Part shown: positions 1-10,023 of the stretch, piece by piece
Position numbering within the stretch: position 1 is the stretch's first letter
Layout of the letters: each line of letters starts with the position of its first letter
Assembly (NCBI RefSeq): GCF_035543475.1
Contig: NZ_DATKKA010000010.1
Location: 7,363-71,362 of the forward strand
Reading direction: 5' to 3'
DNA from: Methanoregula sp.
Lineage (GTDB): Archaea > Halobacteriota > Methanomicrobia > Methanomicrobiales > Methanospirillaceae
DNA length: 64,000 nucleotides
Notes under the pieces: generated by a model
The model's input: only the letters and a program-made list of their open reading frames with translations
Told to the model about the DNA's origin: nothing
The model's database searches: none
Position numbers and translations under genes: made by a program

Positions 1-3000
1 ATCTTCTCGCGCTTGATCGCATCGATCGCCAGTGCAGCTGCCCGCGCTGCCTGCAGGGTGGTAATATACGGGATCCCGAAGTCCACTGCCGCACGCATAA
101 TCTGGTAATGATCCTGGCGGGACTGGCGATCCTGGGGGGTATTGATGATGAGCCGGATCTCGCCATGGTGCATCATGTCCAGCACGTTGGGCGATCCTTC
201 CTGCACTTTCCGCACCAGATGCGCTTCAACACCGGCTTCGTGCAGGTAGTCAACCGTGCCTTCGGTGCCATAAAGCGTGAGGCCAAGATCCCGCAGGCGC
301 CGGGCGATCGGGATCACCTCATCCTTCTGGCCGATGTTGACCGAGATAAAGACATTCCCCTTGAGCGGCAGCTCGTTGTCCGCGGAAATACAGGCCTTGT
401 AGAAGGCGAGACCGAAATCGTAATCGATCCCCATCACTTCTCCCGTGCTTTTCATCTCGGGCCCGAGGATGGTATCGACACCGGCCAGCTTGTTGAAGGG
501 AAGGAGCACCTCTTTTACGGCCACATGATCGATCTTTGCTTCACGGAATCCCAGGTCACACAGTTTCTTTCCGATCATCACCTTTGCGGCTACTTTCGCA
601 ATGGGAAGACCGGTAGCCTTTGAGACGAAGGGGACAGTCCGGCTTGCACGGGGGTTTGCCTCGAGAATATACACCACATTATCTTTGACCGCCATCTGGA
701 TGTTGACGAGACCTACAACACCAAGACCAAGCGCAATCTTCTTGGTATATTCCCGGACCGTGGCAATAGTCTCGGGGGAAAGCGATTGCGTGGGGATGAC
801 ACATGCAGAATCCCCGGAATGGATGCCTGCCTGTTCAATGTGTTCCATGATCCCCCCAATAAGGACATCTTCGCCATCACAGACCGCATCGACATCGAGT
901 TCTATGGCATTCCTCAGGTAGGAGTCAATCAGTACGGGGTGATGCTGGCTTACCCGTACAGCCTCCTTCATGTACGTTTCAAGTTCGGCCGTATTGTGGA
1001 CGATCTCCATTGCCCGGCCGCCAAGAACATAGGATGGCCGGACAAGGACCGGGTAGCCAATCCTCTCGGCCTTCTCCCGGGCTTCAGCCTCCGAATATGC
1101 AGAGCTGTTGGCCGGGCTTGGGATTTGCAGGGTGTCCAGAAGCATACTGAAACGGTCACGGTCCTCGGCAACATCCATTGCATCCGGGGTCGTCCCGAGA
1201 ATCCGTGTACGAAGTCCCCGCCTCTTCATCTCCTTTTCCAGGGGAACCGCCAGATTCACCGCGTTCTGGCCGCCAAACTGCACCATCACACCGTAATACT
1301 CATCCGTTAAAAGAATGTTTGTAACATCCTCGAGCTGCATGGGCTCGAAGAACAGGCGGTCGGAGGTATCGAAATCCGTGGAGACGGTCTCCGGGTTATT
1401 GTTGACGATATGGACCTCCACCCCTTCTTCCCGGAGCGCTTTTACCGCATGGACCGTGCAGTAATCGAATTCTATCCCCTGCCCAATCCGGATCGGGCCT
1501 GAACCGAGGATGAGAATTTTTTGTTTGGTATCCTTGACAATCTCAGTGGTCCCTTCCCGGGTCGAATAGAAATAGGGCGTGCTTGCCGGGAACTCTGCTG
1601 CGCAGGTGTCCACCATCTTGAAGGCCGGGGCACCTACCAGGTTCTCAATTGCATCCGGTTCCCTGCCGGTGAGTGCGGCAATTTCCGTGTTGGTAAACCC
1701 ATAGGACTTCGCAAGGAATATGTTCTCATCAGAACCCTCTTCAGTAAGGCGTTTTTCCAGATCGACAATATTTTTGATCTTTTCCAGGAAAAACGGGACA
1801 ATCGACGTGAGACTGGCTATCTCGTCGATAGAAAAACCCTGACGGAAGGCATCAAAGAGGCAGTGGAAGCGCTCATCGGTCGGACGGGAGAGGATCATCC
1901 GGATTTCGCTCTGGCTCGTGTGGGTCCGTACATCGGTGTCGATCGACCGCTTGGCCTTCATGAAAGCCTCCTCGAGCGTCCTTCCGATTGCCATCACTTC
2001 CCCAGTACTTTTCATGGAAGTAGTGAGCGTCCGGTCCGCACCCTTGAACTTGTCGAACGGCCAGCGGGGAACCTTGACCACGATATAATCGATGGTCGGC
2101 TCGAAGGATGCAGCGGTACACCCGGTCACCGAGTTCTTAATCTCATCCAGACGCAGGCCGATCGCAATCTTTGCCGCGACCCGGGCGATGGGATACCCGG
2201 TTGCCTTTGAAGCGAGTGCAGAAGAACGGGAGACCCGGGGGTTGACCTCGATGACCCGGTAGTCCCCGTCCCGGAATGCGAACTGGATGTTGCAGCCTCC
2301 CTGGACATCAAGGGCCCGGATGATATGGATGGCGGCGCTGCGCATCATCTGGAATTCATCATCGCGGAGCGTCAGGATGGGTGCTACCACAACGCTTTCC
2401 CCGGTGTGGATGCCCATCGGGTCAACGTTTTCCATGCTGCAGATGATGACACAAGTATCCGTGGAATCCCGCATAACCTCGAATTCCAGTTCCTTCCAGC
2501 CCATCACGCTCTCTTCTATGAGCACCTGGTGAATACGGGAACGGGAGAGCCCCAGTTCAACGATCCGGGTCAGTTCTTCCCGGGTCCTGCCAATACCGCC
2601 CCCGGCCCCGCCCAAGGTATAGGCAGGGCGGACGACCGCCGGCAGACCGATTTTTGCGATCGCTTCATCGATCTGGCTCAAGGTATTGATGATGGTGCTC
2701 TGTGGGACCGGCTCACCGATCTCGTTCATGAGGTCCCGGAATTTCTCCCGGTCTTCGCCTTTGTAGATCGCCTCAAGCGGCGTGCCGAGGATCTCCACAC
2801 CCTTGAGCGCCCCCATCTCCGCGAGCTCCGCAGTAAGGTTGAGGCCGGTCTGGCCGCCCATACCGGAGAGGATCCCATCAGGCCGTTCTTTTTCGATGAT
2901 TTTTGCAATAATATCTGCCCGGAGCGGTTCGATGTAGATCTCATCGGCCATATCCGGATCGGTCATGATCGTTGCCGGGTTGGAGTTGACCAGCACGACC

Positions 3001-3128
3001 TCGATCCCCTCTTCCTTGAGGGACCGGCAGGCCTGCGAGCCCGAGAAATCGAACTCTGCGGCCTGACCGATCTGGATGGGGCCGGAACCGATGAGGAGCA
3101 CCTTTTTGATATCCGTCCGTTTCGGCAT
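1..3128 (-). CDS. carB: carbamoyl-phosphate synthase large subunit; C-terminal end runs off the window
   Basis: Absent from the ORF track because no stop lies in the window. Reverse translation from the ATG at 3128-3126 gives MPKRTDIKKVLLIGSGPIQIGQAAEFDFSGSQACRSLKEEGIEVVLVNSNPATIMTD..., a typical CarB N-terminus. The same frame at the window edge reads ...TLQAARAAALAIDAIKREK. The start overlaps the carA stop (TAATG). Confidence 0.95.
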   Translation of the reverse strand, partial: MPKRTDIKKVLLIGSGPIQIGQAAEFDFSGSQACRSLKEEGIEVVLVNSNPATIMTDPDMADEIYIEPLRADIIAKIIEKERPDGILSGMGGQTGLNLTAELAEMGALKGVEILGTPLEAIYKGEDREKFRDLMNEIGEPVPQSTIINTLSQIDEAIAKIGLPAVVRPAYTLGGAGGGIGRTREELTRIVELGLSRSRIHQVLIEESVMGWKELEFEVMRDSTDTCVIICSMENVDPMGIHTGESVVVAPILTLRDDEFQMMRSAAIHIIRALDVQGGCNIQFAFRDGDYRVIEVNPRVSRSSALASKATGYPIARVAAKIAIGLRLDEIKNSVTGCTAASFEPTIDYIVVKVPRWPFDKFKGADRTLTTSMKSTGEVMAIGRTLEEAFMKAKRSIDTDVRTHTSQSEIRMILSRPTDERFHCLFDAFRQGFSIDEIASLTSIVPFFLEKIKNIVDLEKRLTEEGSDENIFLAKSYGFTNTEIAALTGREPDAIENLVGAPAFKMVDTCAAEFPASTPYFYSTREGTTEIVKDTKQKILILGSGPIRIGQGIEFDYCTVHAVKALREEGVEVHIVNNNPETVSTDFDTSDRLFFEPMQLEDVTNILLTDEYYGVMVQFGGQNAVNLAVPLEKEMKRRGLRTRILGTTPDAMDVAEDRDRFSMLLDTLQIPSPANSSAYSEAEAREKAERIGYPVLVRPSYVLGGRAMEIVHNTAELETYMKEAVRVSQHHPVLIDSYLRNAIELDVDAVCDGEDVLIGGIMEHIEQAGIHSGDSACVIPTQSLSPETIATVREYTKKIALGLGVVGLVNIQMAVKDNVVYILEANPRASRTVPFVSKATGLPIAKVAAKVMIGKKLCDLGFREAKIDHVAVKEVLLPFNKLAGVDTILGPEMKSTGEVMGIDYDFGLAFYKACISADNELPLKGNVFISVNIGQKDEVIPIARRLRDLGLTLYGTEGTVDYLHEAGVEAHLVRKVQEGSPNVLDMMHHGEIRLIINTPQDRQSRQDHYQIMRAAVDFGIPYITTLQAARAAALAIDAIKREK

Positions 3129-4192
3129 TACTCCAGCCTCCTGAAAAGATCATCGAAGAAATGGGCCTCCGTGTCCCGCGGCCCGCCATGTGCCTCAGGG
3201 TGAAACTGCACGGTGGTCAGGCGGAGGTCTTTATTCTCAAAGCCTTCCACCGTGCCATCATTAACGTTTGTATAAGTCACCCGGCAACCCTCCGGCAGGG
3301 ATTCTGCATCCACTGCAAAACCATGGTTCTGGGTAGTGACAAAGATGCGGCCGTCCACAAAACGCACCGGCTGGTTTGCTCCACGGTGGCCGAACTTGAG
3401 TTTGTAGGTATCGCCACCCAGGGCAAGAGCAGAGACCTGGTTTCCCATACAGATCCCGAAGATCGGGAGCTCCCCGAGAAGGTCCTGGATGCAGCGTATC
3501 GCGTCAGGTGCCTGCTTGGGATCTCCCGGGCCGTTGCTCACGAAGAGAGCGGCCGGTTTGCAGGCCCGGACCTGGTCAGCGGTGGCATTGTACGGGAAGA
3601 CATACAGGTCGCCGTTCCTTTTCGAGAGACTGGAAAGCATATTCTTTTTGATTCCCAGATCAATGACAGCGATGCGTTTCCCGCTGCCGGGGATATGATA
3701 CGGCTCCCTGCAGGATACTTCCGGGATGGGAATGATATCGCAGATGGTAGGCGTCTTTTTCGCCAGTGCTACGGCATATGCACTATCATCACTTCCCACT
3801 ACGAGGGCAGCGCGCATGGTGCCATGGACCCGGGCTTTGATGGTCAGGGCGCGGGTATCGACACCGGTCATGCCAAGAAGGGAATTTTCTTCAAAAAAGG
3901 TTCTGATGGTTGGTCCGTGTTCGGGTTTCTCGCAGATCTCCTTTGCGATACACCCCAGCGCACAGACACGGGGGTTCTGGAAATTCTGGGGATCAACCCC
4001 GTAATTGCCGATCTGGGGGAAGGTAAACATCAGGATCTGCCCGAAATAGCTCGGATCGGTGAGGGATTCCATGTAGCCGGTCATCTGGGTGTTGAAAACC
4101 AGTTCCCCGGCACATTCACCCTGTATCCCGAATCCTTCCCCGATAACAAAATCCCCGTCCTCGAATCCCAGAACCGCCTTCATGATGTCCAT
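3128..4192 (-). CDS. carA: carbamoyl-phosphate synthase small (glutaminase) subunit
   Basis: 354-aa ORF with the class-I amidotransferase motifs GICMGNQ and QFHPEA. Directly upstream of carB and overlapping it by 1 nt. Confidence 0.95.
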   Translation of the reverse strand: MDIMKAVLGFEDGDFVIGEGFGIQGECAGELVFNTQMTGYMESLTDPSYFGQILMFTFPQIGNYGVDPQNFQNPRVCALGCIAKEICEKPEHGPTIRTFFEENSLLGMTGVDTRALTIKARVHGTMRAALVVGSDDSAYAVALAKKTPTICDIIPIPEVSCREPYHIPGSGKRIAVIDLGIKKNMLSSLSKRNGDLYVFPYNATADQVRACKPAALFVSNGPGDPKQAPDAIRCIQDLLGELPIFGICMGNQVSALALGGDTYKLKFGHRGANQPVRFVDGRIFVTTQNHGFAVDAESLPEGCRVTYTNVNDGTVEGFENKDLRLTTVQFHPEAHGGPRDTEAHFFDDLFRRLE

Positions 4193-4401
4193 ATATTATG
4201 TGCCGGATTAGTTATTAACGCTGATGCACAAGGACGAAGCGGGCTCATTTGGGAGGATCACCCTAAAGTGGTCAGAATATGAATAGGGAGGACAGGATCT
4301 GAAATATAAGGCAGCCGGTGTTACCCAGACCCCGGCACTCAGCACGGACCGCTCTTTTTGTGCGGGGAGAAGTGACAGGAAGGGGATCGTCCACATCCCC
4401 A

Positions 4402-4411
4402 TTTTTATATA
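4402..4411 (+). promoter_or_regulatory. candidate archaeal TATA box for the grx/FTR operon
   Basis: TTTTTATATA lies about 40 nt upstream of the first in-frame ATG (4453) in the carA/grx divergent spacer. Confidence 0.45.
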
Positions 4412-4452
4412 GTACCCGCCGCAATTTTCTCCCGGAAGTGTTTACCACGGGA

Positions 4453-4725
4453 ATGCACGTGAACGGAAAAGACCGGGGTTCGATAATGCTGTATGCCCTT
4501 TCAACCTGCCAGTGGTGCCATAAGACGAAAGTTCTGCTGGAAGAGCTCGGGGTGGCGTTTGACTATGATTACGTCGACCTTCTCGAGGGAAAAGAGCAGG
4601 ATGATGCAATGAATACCGTTGAGCGCTGGAACCCAAGCGGATCGTTTCCTACTCTTGTGATCGGCAATAAACGTGCCATCGTGGGATTCCGGGAGCAGGA
4701 GATCCGGGAGGCACTTAAGGTATGA
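4453..4725 (+). CDS. glutaredoxin-like (thioredoxin-fold) protein
   Basis: ...[35 protein letters not shown]... contains a CxxC motif and has glutaredoxin-like length. An alternative start lies at 4486. The N-terminal part of the listed 4318 ORF precedes the TATA box and is rejected. The stop overlaps the next gene (ATGA). Confidence 0.85.
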   Translation: MHVNGKDRGSIMLYALSTCQWCHKTKVLLEELGVAFDYDYVDLLEGKEQDDAMNTVERWNPSGSFPTLVIGNKRAIVGFREQEIREALKV

Positions 4726-5237
4726 ATGTGCCCGAAGTTACGGAAAGCTCTGTTGAATCAGCATACCTCGCGCTCAGGACGGACGCCGAGAAAAACGGGT
4801 ACCGGCTGAACCCGGATGCAGAGTTCACCAAGAACCTGGTACGGGGTCTTTTGAAAAACGAGCAACGGTACGGGTACCACTCCTGCCCCTGCCGTCTTGC
4901 TTCCGGGAAAAAGGACGAGGATCTTGACATTGTCTGCCCCTGCGATTACCGGGACAACGATCTCGAGGAGTACGGGGCCTGCTACTGCGCCCTGTACGTG
5001 AACGAGGCCATTGCCCGGGGACAACAGAAGGTTGCACCGGTTCCCGAGCGCCGCCCGCCCCGTTCCCAGCGTGGAAAAGCCGCGTCGGTCAAGGTCACTT
5101 CAACAACAGCGATGCCAATCTTTCCCCTGCCGGTCTGGCGCTGCAAGGTCTGCGGTTATCTCTGTGCCCGTGAGCAGCCGCCCGGCGTCTGCCCGATATG
5201 CAAAGCGACAAAAGAGCGGTTTGAGAGGTTTGTCTGA
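4722..5237 (+). CDS. ferredoxin:thioredoxin reductase catalytic-subunit-like protein fused to a C-terminal rubredoxin domain
   Basis: CPC-x14-CPC-x12-CYC cysteine pattern ([11 protein letters not shown]...IVCPCDY...GACYCALY) followed by a rubredoxin knuckle pair (WRCKVCGY...[10 protein letters not shown]). Confidence 0.85.
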   Translation: MNVPEVTESSVESAYLALRTDAEKNGYRLNPDAEFTKNLVRGLLKNEQRYGYHSCPCRLASGKKDEDLDIVCPCDYRDNDLEEYGACYCALYVNEAIARGQQKVAPVPERRPPRSQRGKAASVKVTSTTAMPIFPLPVWRCKVCGYLCAREQPPGVCPICKATKERFERFV

Positions 5238-5250
5238 CCTTTTTTTAGGT
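5238..5250 (+). terminator. oligo-T archaeal terminator after the FTR-rubredoxin gene
   Basis: A T7 run (5241-5247) lies directly after the TGA stop. Confidence 0.5.
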
Positions 5251-6199
5251 CCCATCAAGTGTGATTCCGCCCCCCTCGCTGAATGAGTGCGGTTTTCTTC
5301 TTACTGATCCGCCGCAGGGGCTTCCTCCCGGGGGCGGCGGCACTGCTCGTTCATGGGGGTGTAAGGGCGACAGCCCCCGTGATATCTTCACCACCCGCTC
5401 TAAGCCACCCCCATCCGGCCCCAGATTGAGCCCGGATTACCCTTTTCCGGGACCCCATCGGAGCCCGTATCGGGCTCTGTTTAAATCAGAGTCCAAATTG
5501 GCCGTATTTTAGCAATCGGACGATTTTAATGAATCTCATAAAGGCCATTTCATGCCCTGATCTCACCTCAAACAGGCATTTGACCATTCTCGGAAAAAGA
5601 GGCCAAAAAAAGGCCACTATGGGCCGGTTATAGGCATTATATGGGGCTCATTTTGGGCTTATTTTGGCAAATAAATAGATTTATTGGCTTTATTCCACAC
5701 GAACCGAAACGGACGGTTTTACGGGTGTATTTTGGGAGCTGCATCTCTCCCCGCGGAGGGATAGGGGGTGCGACAGTCCCCCCTCTATTTCCACACACAA
5801 CCCGGATCTTCCGGCCCGCCCACAAATTTCCGGAAAACTCCGGGTCCGTGAAGGCAATTCCGGAAAAAGATCTTGGGGGGGTGACCCCGACCTCTAAAAA
5901 AATCTGTCGCCCCCCTCCCCCCTACCCCCTGCACTGCAAAAAAATTGATCGGACCGATCGATCTCCGAGATCGGTCGAGGTGGCTTGTATTGTTTCAGTC
6001 TTCTGACTTGTGTTTCCCCTGGACTTTCAGACGAGAGGGGGAGGTCGCACCGCAAAAAAATGATCGGACCGGCCGATCATCAAGAGAGGTCACCCTCACC
6101 CCTCACCCTCCTTTTTTTAGAACCCGGCTAAAAGATGTGGCCCGAGAGCGATGCCCCCTCCCAATACTAAAAATACAGTTTCGCACCAACCTATCCACC
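5238..6199. other. 960-bp non-coding spacer rich in hairpins and short repeats
   Basis: No credible ORF in any frame. Contains G5..C5 hairpins, GCGACAG boxes in both orientations, a duplicated GCAAAAAAA(T)TGATCGGACC unit (5934 and 6050) and TTCCGGAAAA boxes. Confidence 0.7.
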
Positions 6200-6538
6200 A
6201 TGAGTGATACAATCCTTGTCGAAATTGTCGGACTGAAATCATCCGAGTGCTCACCGTTTCCCTGTGACGGGAACCGGACCTGCGGGTTGTCGGCATGCTA
6301 TCCCTCGGGAAAACTGGTGCAGGCATTTGAGGCGCTGAAGAACAGGGTGGCTGAAACCTACAGTGACAGGGTTACGATGAAACTGACCCTCATCGATGAC
6401 AATGTCCCGGAGCACATCCGTGTCATCCTTGAAAAGGATTACCCCCCCATCCCGATAGTGCTGGTAAACGGGAAACTCACCCGGATCGGCAGGATTGTCT
6501 CTGACCGGATCATGACTGAGATAGAAGCCTGTCTTTAA
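6200..6538 (+). CDS. small thioredoxin-fold protein, tentatively YuzD/DUF1462-like
   Basis: Internal ATG of the listed 5945 ORF. MSDTILVEIVGLKSSECSPFPCDG...IPIVLVNGKLTRIGRI has the beta-strand/Cys/helix layout seen in YuzD-type proteins. The family assignment comes from memory only. Confidence 0.6.
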   Translation: MSDTILVEIVGLKSSECSPFPCDGNRTCGLSACYPSGKLVQAFEALKNRVAETYSDRVTMKLTLIDDNVPEHIRVILEKDYPPIPIVLVNGKLTRIGRIVSDRIMTEIEACL

Positions 6539-6682
6539 CGCCTTTTTACAAGAAGAAACCGGGAGAATGGATCTCACCCTGTCGCAACACCCCGGTGTGG
6601 CGACAGAAATTTCCAGAATTTTGAGGATCCTGTTTCCCGCACGATGAACACTTTATAACCAGAGAAGTAACAGGATATCAGC

Positions 6683-7474
6683 ATGAGCCCGGTGCGGAAA
6701 TGGGGAGTCGGCCCGTATGCGGTTGCAGTAATTCATGGCGGACCGGGTGCCCCGGGGGAGATGGCCCCGGTTGCCCGGGAGCTTTCTACGGTCAAGGGGA
6801 TACTCGAGCCGTTCCAGACTGAAACCACCCTTGAAGGACAGGTCCGGGAGCTCCGATCCGTCATCACCGAGCATGGCATGCAGCCGCTTACTCTGGTTGG
6901 TTTTTCATGGGGGGCGTATTTATCATGGATTGTCGCCGCCCGGTACCCTGCTCTGATAAAAAAACTGATTCTTGTCGGCTGCCCCCCATTTGACGAGCAA
7001 TATGCCGCACAGATAACAAAGACCCGCCTCGACCGCCTGACACCGGAGACCCGGAAAGAGACACAGGTGCTCCTGACAATGATAGAGACACCTGCGGCAG
7101 AAGACCGGCCGGAAGATAAAAATGCCCTTTTTGCCCGTCTGGGGGATCTGCTTGCCCATGCCGACAGTTATGCCCCCCAGATGGCAGAGGAAAAATCGTT
7201 CTGCTGCCAGTATGATGTCTTTAAAGGGGTATGGGACGATGCGTGCGATCTCCGCCGCAAAAAGGCGCTTCTTCATATGGCACGGGAAATTACCTGCCCG
7301 GTGATCGCGATTCACGGGGATTATGATCCCCATCCGGCGGACGGGGTAAAGATCCCTCTTGAGCAGGAACTGAAGAATTTCCGGTTTATCTCCCTGAAAA
7401 AATGCGGACATCGTCCATGGATCGAGCGGAATGCTGCAGAAGAGTTCTACCATATTCTTGCCCAGGAGATCTGA
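6683..7474 (+). CDS. alpha/beta-fold hydrolase
   Basis: 263 aa with HGGPG, a GFSWG nucleophile elbow and a C-terminal CGHRPW His motif. Confidence 0.85.
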   Translation: MSPVRKWGVGPYAVAVIHGGPGAPGEMAPVARELSTVKGILEPFQTETTLEGQVRELRSVITEHGMQPLTLVGFSWGAYLSWIVAARYPALIKKLILVGCPPFDEQYAAQITKTRLDRLTPETRKETQVLLTMIETPAAEDRPEDKNALFARLGDLLAHADSYAPQMAEEKSFCCQYDVFKGVWDDACDLRRKKALLHMAREITCPVIAIHGDYDPHPADGVKIPLEQELKNFRFISLKKCGHRPWIERNAAEEFYHILAQEI

Positions 7475-7597
7475 GCAGATAGAAGATTAGCAGGATCTTC
7501 AGGACAGTAATAAAAAAGCCCCGGTAATTATTTTCATCCTATAAATCCAGTTCACAGGTTTAAGATTTGAAAAAGAAAATAATTATCCAGACTTCTG

Positions 7598-8950
7598 TTA
7601 AGATGCCATACCTGATCTGGAGAAATTTCCCTTTTTCTTTAGCTGTGCAAGTACTCGCTCTTTTTTCCCGATAGCTGCCTGTGATGCCCGGAGAACACCC
7701 TTTTTCATCTCCTCGAAATCCCCGGGTTCCGTATCCACCACTTTTTTTACCGGCGTATAGGCAGATTCCCGGAACCGGGGCTGGAAGTCATGCTCTTTTC
7801 CCTCGGTTATCAGGACGGACGCGGGTTCCCCTTCTTCAACGTACCCTATCTCACGACAGGCAACACCGGTAGACCGGATGACACGGGCGATCTCACCTGC
7901 CGACGATGCCGGTGCGACTACCAGCAGGGCATCTAATGAAACCCCCAGATAATCGATCTCCAGTGCCTCAAGCATCTCTCTTACTTTGGGGTTGACGAGG
8001 GGGAGCGTATCCTCTTCCCTGACTACCAGACGGCACCGGGCGGTCTCAGCCATCTCAAAGATATCTCCCCGCAGGCCCCCGTTGGTGACATCGGTCATCG
8101 CGTGGATCTTGTCAAAAACGGGACTCTTTATCAGCGCCTCGCAGGTGAGCAGGAAGTTGAGGTTGATCGTTTCTTCGACCACCTCGGGGAAACCGGAATA
8201 GATCGCCGCGGTTGCAATCGTCCCTCCACCTGCCCCTTCCGTCATCAGCAGCACATCCCCCGGCTGCGTGGATTTACGGGCAGTCAGGTGGTGTGCCACT
8301 CCTACCGCACCGACACAACCGGTCAGACGGTTGCCCAGAACCATATCTCCTCCGATCCGGAGGGTTGACCCGGTAACAAGGGGGACACCCATCATTTCAC
8401 CCACGGTCGTGATCCCCGCCGTATAATCAAAGATCTTGGCCACATCCCCGTCGTCGGCAACATGGATATCGGAAAAGAGCATCACCGGGGCTGCCCCCAT
8501 CACATAGAGATCCCGGAGAGTCGCCCGGGTCACATGAAAACCAGCCAGATAGGGATAATCCGAGAGCCGTGAATGCATCCCGTCAACAGTACAGACAATA
8601 TATTCTCCCCCGGCTTGTACAGCCCCGGCATCGTCCATCTCATCCACGCCGACCGATGCCTGCGTCTTTCCGATAATCCGGGCGATCTCGCGGTGGGCAA
8701 AAAAATCCCCTTTTCCCCGCGAACCTACCCCGAACTCTCCCATACGGACGCGGGCTGGTTCAAAGGAGAAAAAATCTCCAGATAATCCCTGTGTGTTTTT
8801 AACTTCTTCAACAACGGCCCGGGCAAAGGCAGTGGTATAGGTTTCCTTCGACTTTTTTATTTCCGAAATCCTTCCGGCAAGGTTCTGTATGATGCGCTGT
8901 TCATCTTCACCGGCTTCCAGATGACGCCGGGCATATTCCTCCACATCCAT
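7598..8950 (-). CDS. AIR synthase-related (PurM-superfamily) protein
   Basis: Shows the PurM-like N and C domains (DDAGAV, VCTVDGMHS, TDVTNGGLRGD). The start was chosen at MDVEEY; the listed ORF extends to 9013. Confidence 0.8.
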   Translation of the reverse strand: MDVEEYARRHLEAGEDEQRIIQNLAGRISEIKKSKETYTTAFARAVVEEVKNTQGLSGDFFSFEPARVRMGEFGVGSRGKGDFFAHREIARIIGKTQASVGVDEMDDAGAVQAGGEYIVCTVDGMHSRLSDYPYLAGFHVTRATLRDLYVMGAAPVMLFSDIHVADDGDVAKIFDYTAGITTVGEMMGVPLVTGSTLRIGGDMVLGNRLTGCVGAVGVAHHLTARKSTQPGDVLLMTEGAGGGTIATAAIYSGFPEVVEETINLNFLLTCEALIKSPVFDKIHAMTDVTNGGLRGDIFEMAETARCRLVVREEDTLPLVNPKVREMLEALEIDYLGVSLDALLVVAPASSAGEIARVIRSTGVACREIGYVEEGEPASVLITEGKEHDFQPRFRESAYTPVKKVVDTEPGDFEEMKKGVLRASQAAIGKKERVLAQLKKKGNFSRSGMAS

Positions 8951-9009
8951 GCATCCGTATTCGTGCCAGATCCATAAATACCACCGGTACATTCCTGTTT
9001 TGGCCGGGA

Positions 9010-10023
9010 TCACCGTCGCAGGATACCGAGAACTTCCGAGATGCAGTGGAGACCGTCTTCGAACCTTTTTGCCTTGAAGAACGCCAGCCCCTTGACGATT
9101 CCCTCCCTGACATCATGAGCGTCAATATAATAGGCCTGGTCAAAGGCATGGGCAGATTCCTCCAGATGCCCCAGCGCAAAACAGGAATTGCTCAGTACCA
9201 CCCATGCATCCGCCATAGTCAGATCCAAGGACAGTGCTGCCCGGAGGCAGACAACGGCCTCTTCATGCATACCGAGCTTGGAGAGGGCCAGCCCTTTCCG
9301 GTAAAGGCCCTGCGGATGATGCGGGTTAACCGCAAGCGCACCCTCGAGAGCATCAAGCGCTTCGCGGTACTTTTTCTGGTTGATATATGCGACACCCTTT
9401 TTGTGAAGGGCAGAAAAATAAAAGGGATAGATCTTCAGGGCGCGGTCGTAACAGGAGATCTCCTCGTCAAAGCGTTTCAGTTTTCCAAGGGCGTATCCCT
9501 TGTTTACCCACGCCGACAGGTACCGGCGCCGCAGCCGGATGGCTCTCTCGCAGCACCGGATCTCGGCTTCGTACCGCCCCAGCATACCCAGTGCCACACC
9601 CTTATTGTTCCAGGCCGACGCATTCTCCGGATCGAGGGAAAGGGTCTGGTCGCAGCAGGCAATTTTCTCCTCAAAAAGGCCCAGCTTTCCCAGGGCAAAT
9701 GCCTTGTAGTTCAGGGCTTCAATGCAGACCGGATCGATATGCAGAGCCTGGTCACAGCACTCTATCTCTTCCTGATACCGCCCCAGTTTTCCAAGCGCAA
9801 ACCCACGCCCAGCCCATGCAATGGCAAGAACCGGATTAAGAGCAAGGGCCAGAGTGAACAGTGCAAGGGCCTCATCATGCCGGCCTTCCTTTCCCCGCGA
9901 GACTCCTTCTGCATAATAACCGAGAGCCGAAGGCATCAGCCTCTCATTTTCTGCGGGTGACGGTAAAGCAGTCATTGTCCATGAGGTGTCCATCCTGACT
10001 CTTCCTCCCTGACCGGGAAGCAT
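9010..10023 (-). CDS. TPR repeat protein
   Basis: About eight tandem 34-aa TPR units (AW..KG.AL..LGRY.EAI.C.D.AL..DP). Confidence 0.85.
   Translation of the reverse strand: MLPGQGGRVRMDTSWTMTALPSPAENERLMPSALGYYAEGVSRGKEGRHDEALALFTLALALNPVLAIAWAGRGFALGKLGRYQEEIECCDQALHIDPVCIEALNYKAFALGKLGLFEEKIACCDQTLSLDPENASAWNNKGVALGMLGRYEAEIRCCERAIRLRRRYLSAWVNKGYALGKLKRFDEEISCYDRALKIYPFYFSALHKKGVAYINQKKYREALDALEGALAVNPHHPQGLYRKGLALSKLGMHEEAVVCLRAALSLDLTMADAWVVLSNSCFALGHLEESAHAFDQAYYIDAHDVREGIVKGLAFFKAKRFEDGLHCISEVLGILRR

Noticed and set aside
3161-4282. 373-aa plus-strand ORF opposite carA. The same applies to 108..623, 1521..2210 and 2325..3203 opposite carB, 16676..17617 opposite metG, 9046..9960 opposite the TPR gene, 45460..46188, 31126..31884, 23148..24053 and 63313..63930.
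   Set aside because: All lie antisense to genes with clear family signatures and lack motifs of their own. They are GC-driven open frames.
5641-6006. 121-aa ORF (and other 60-90-aa ORFs) inside the 5238-6199 spacer
   Set aside because: Pro/Arg/Gly-rich products run through homopolymer and repeat tracts, and there is no start context. Treated as non-coding.
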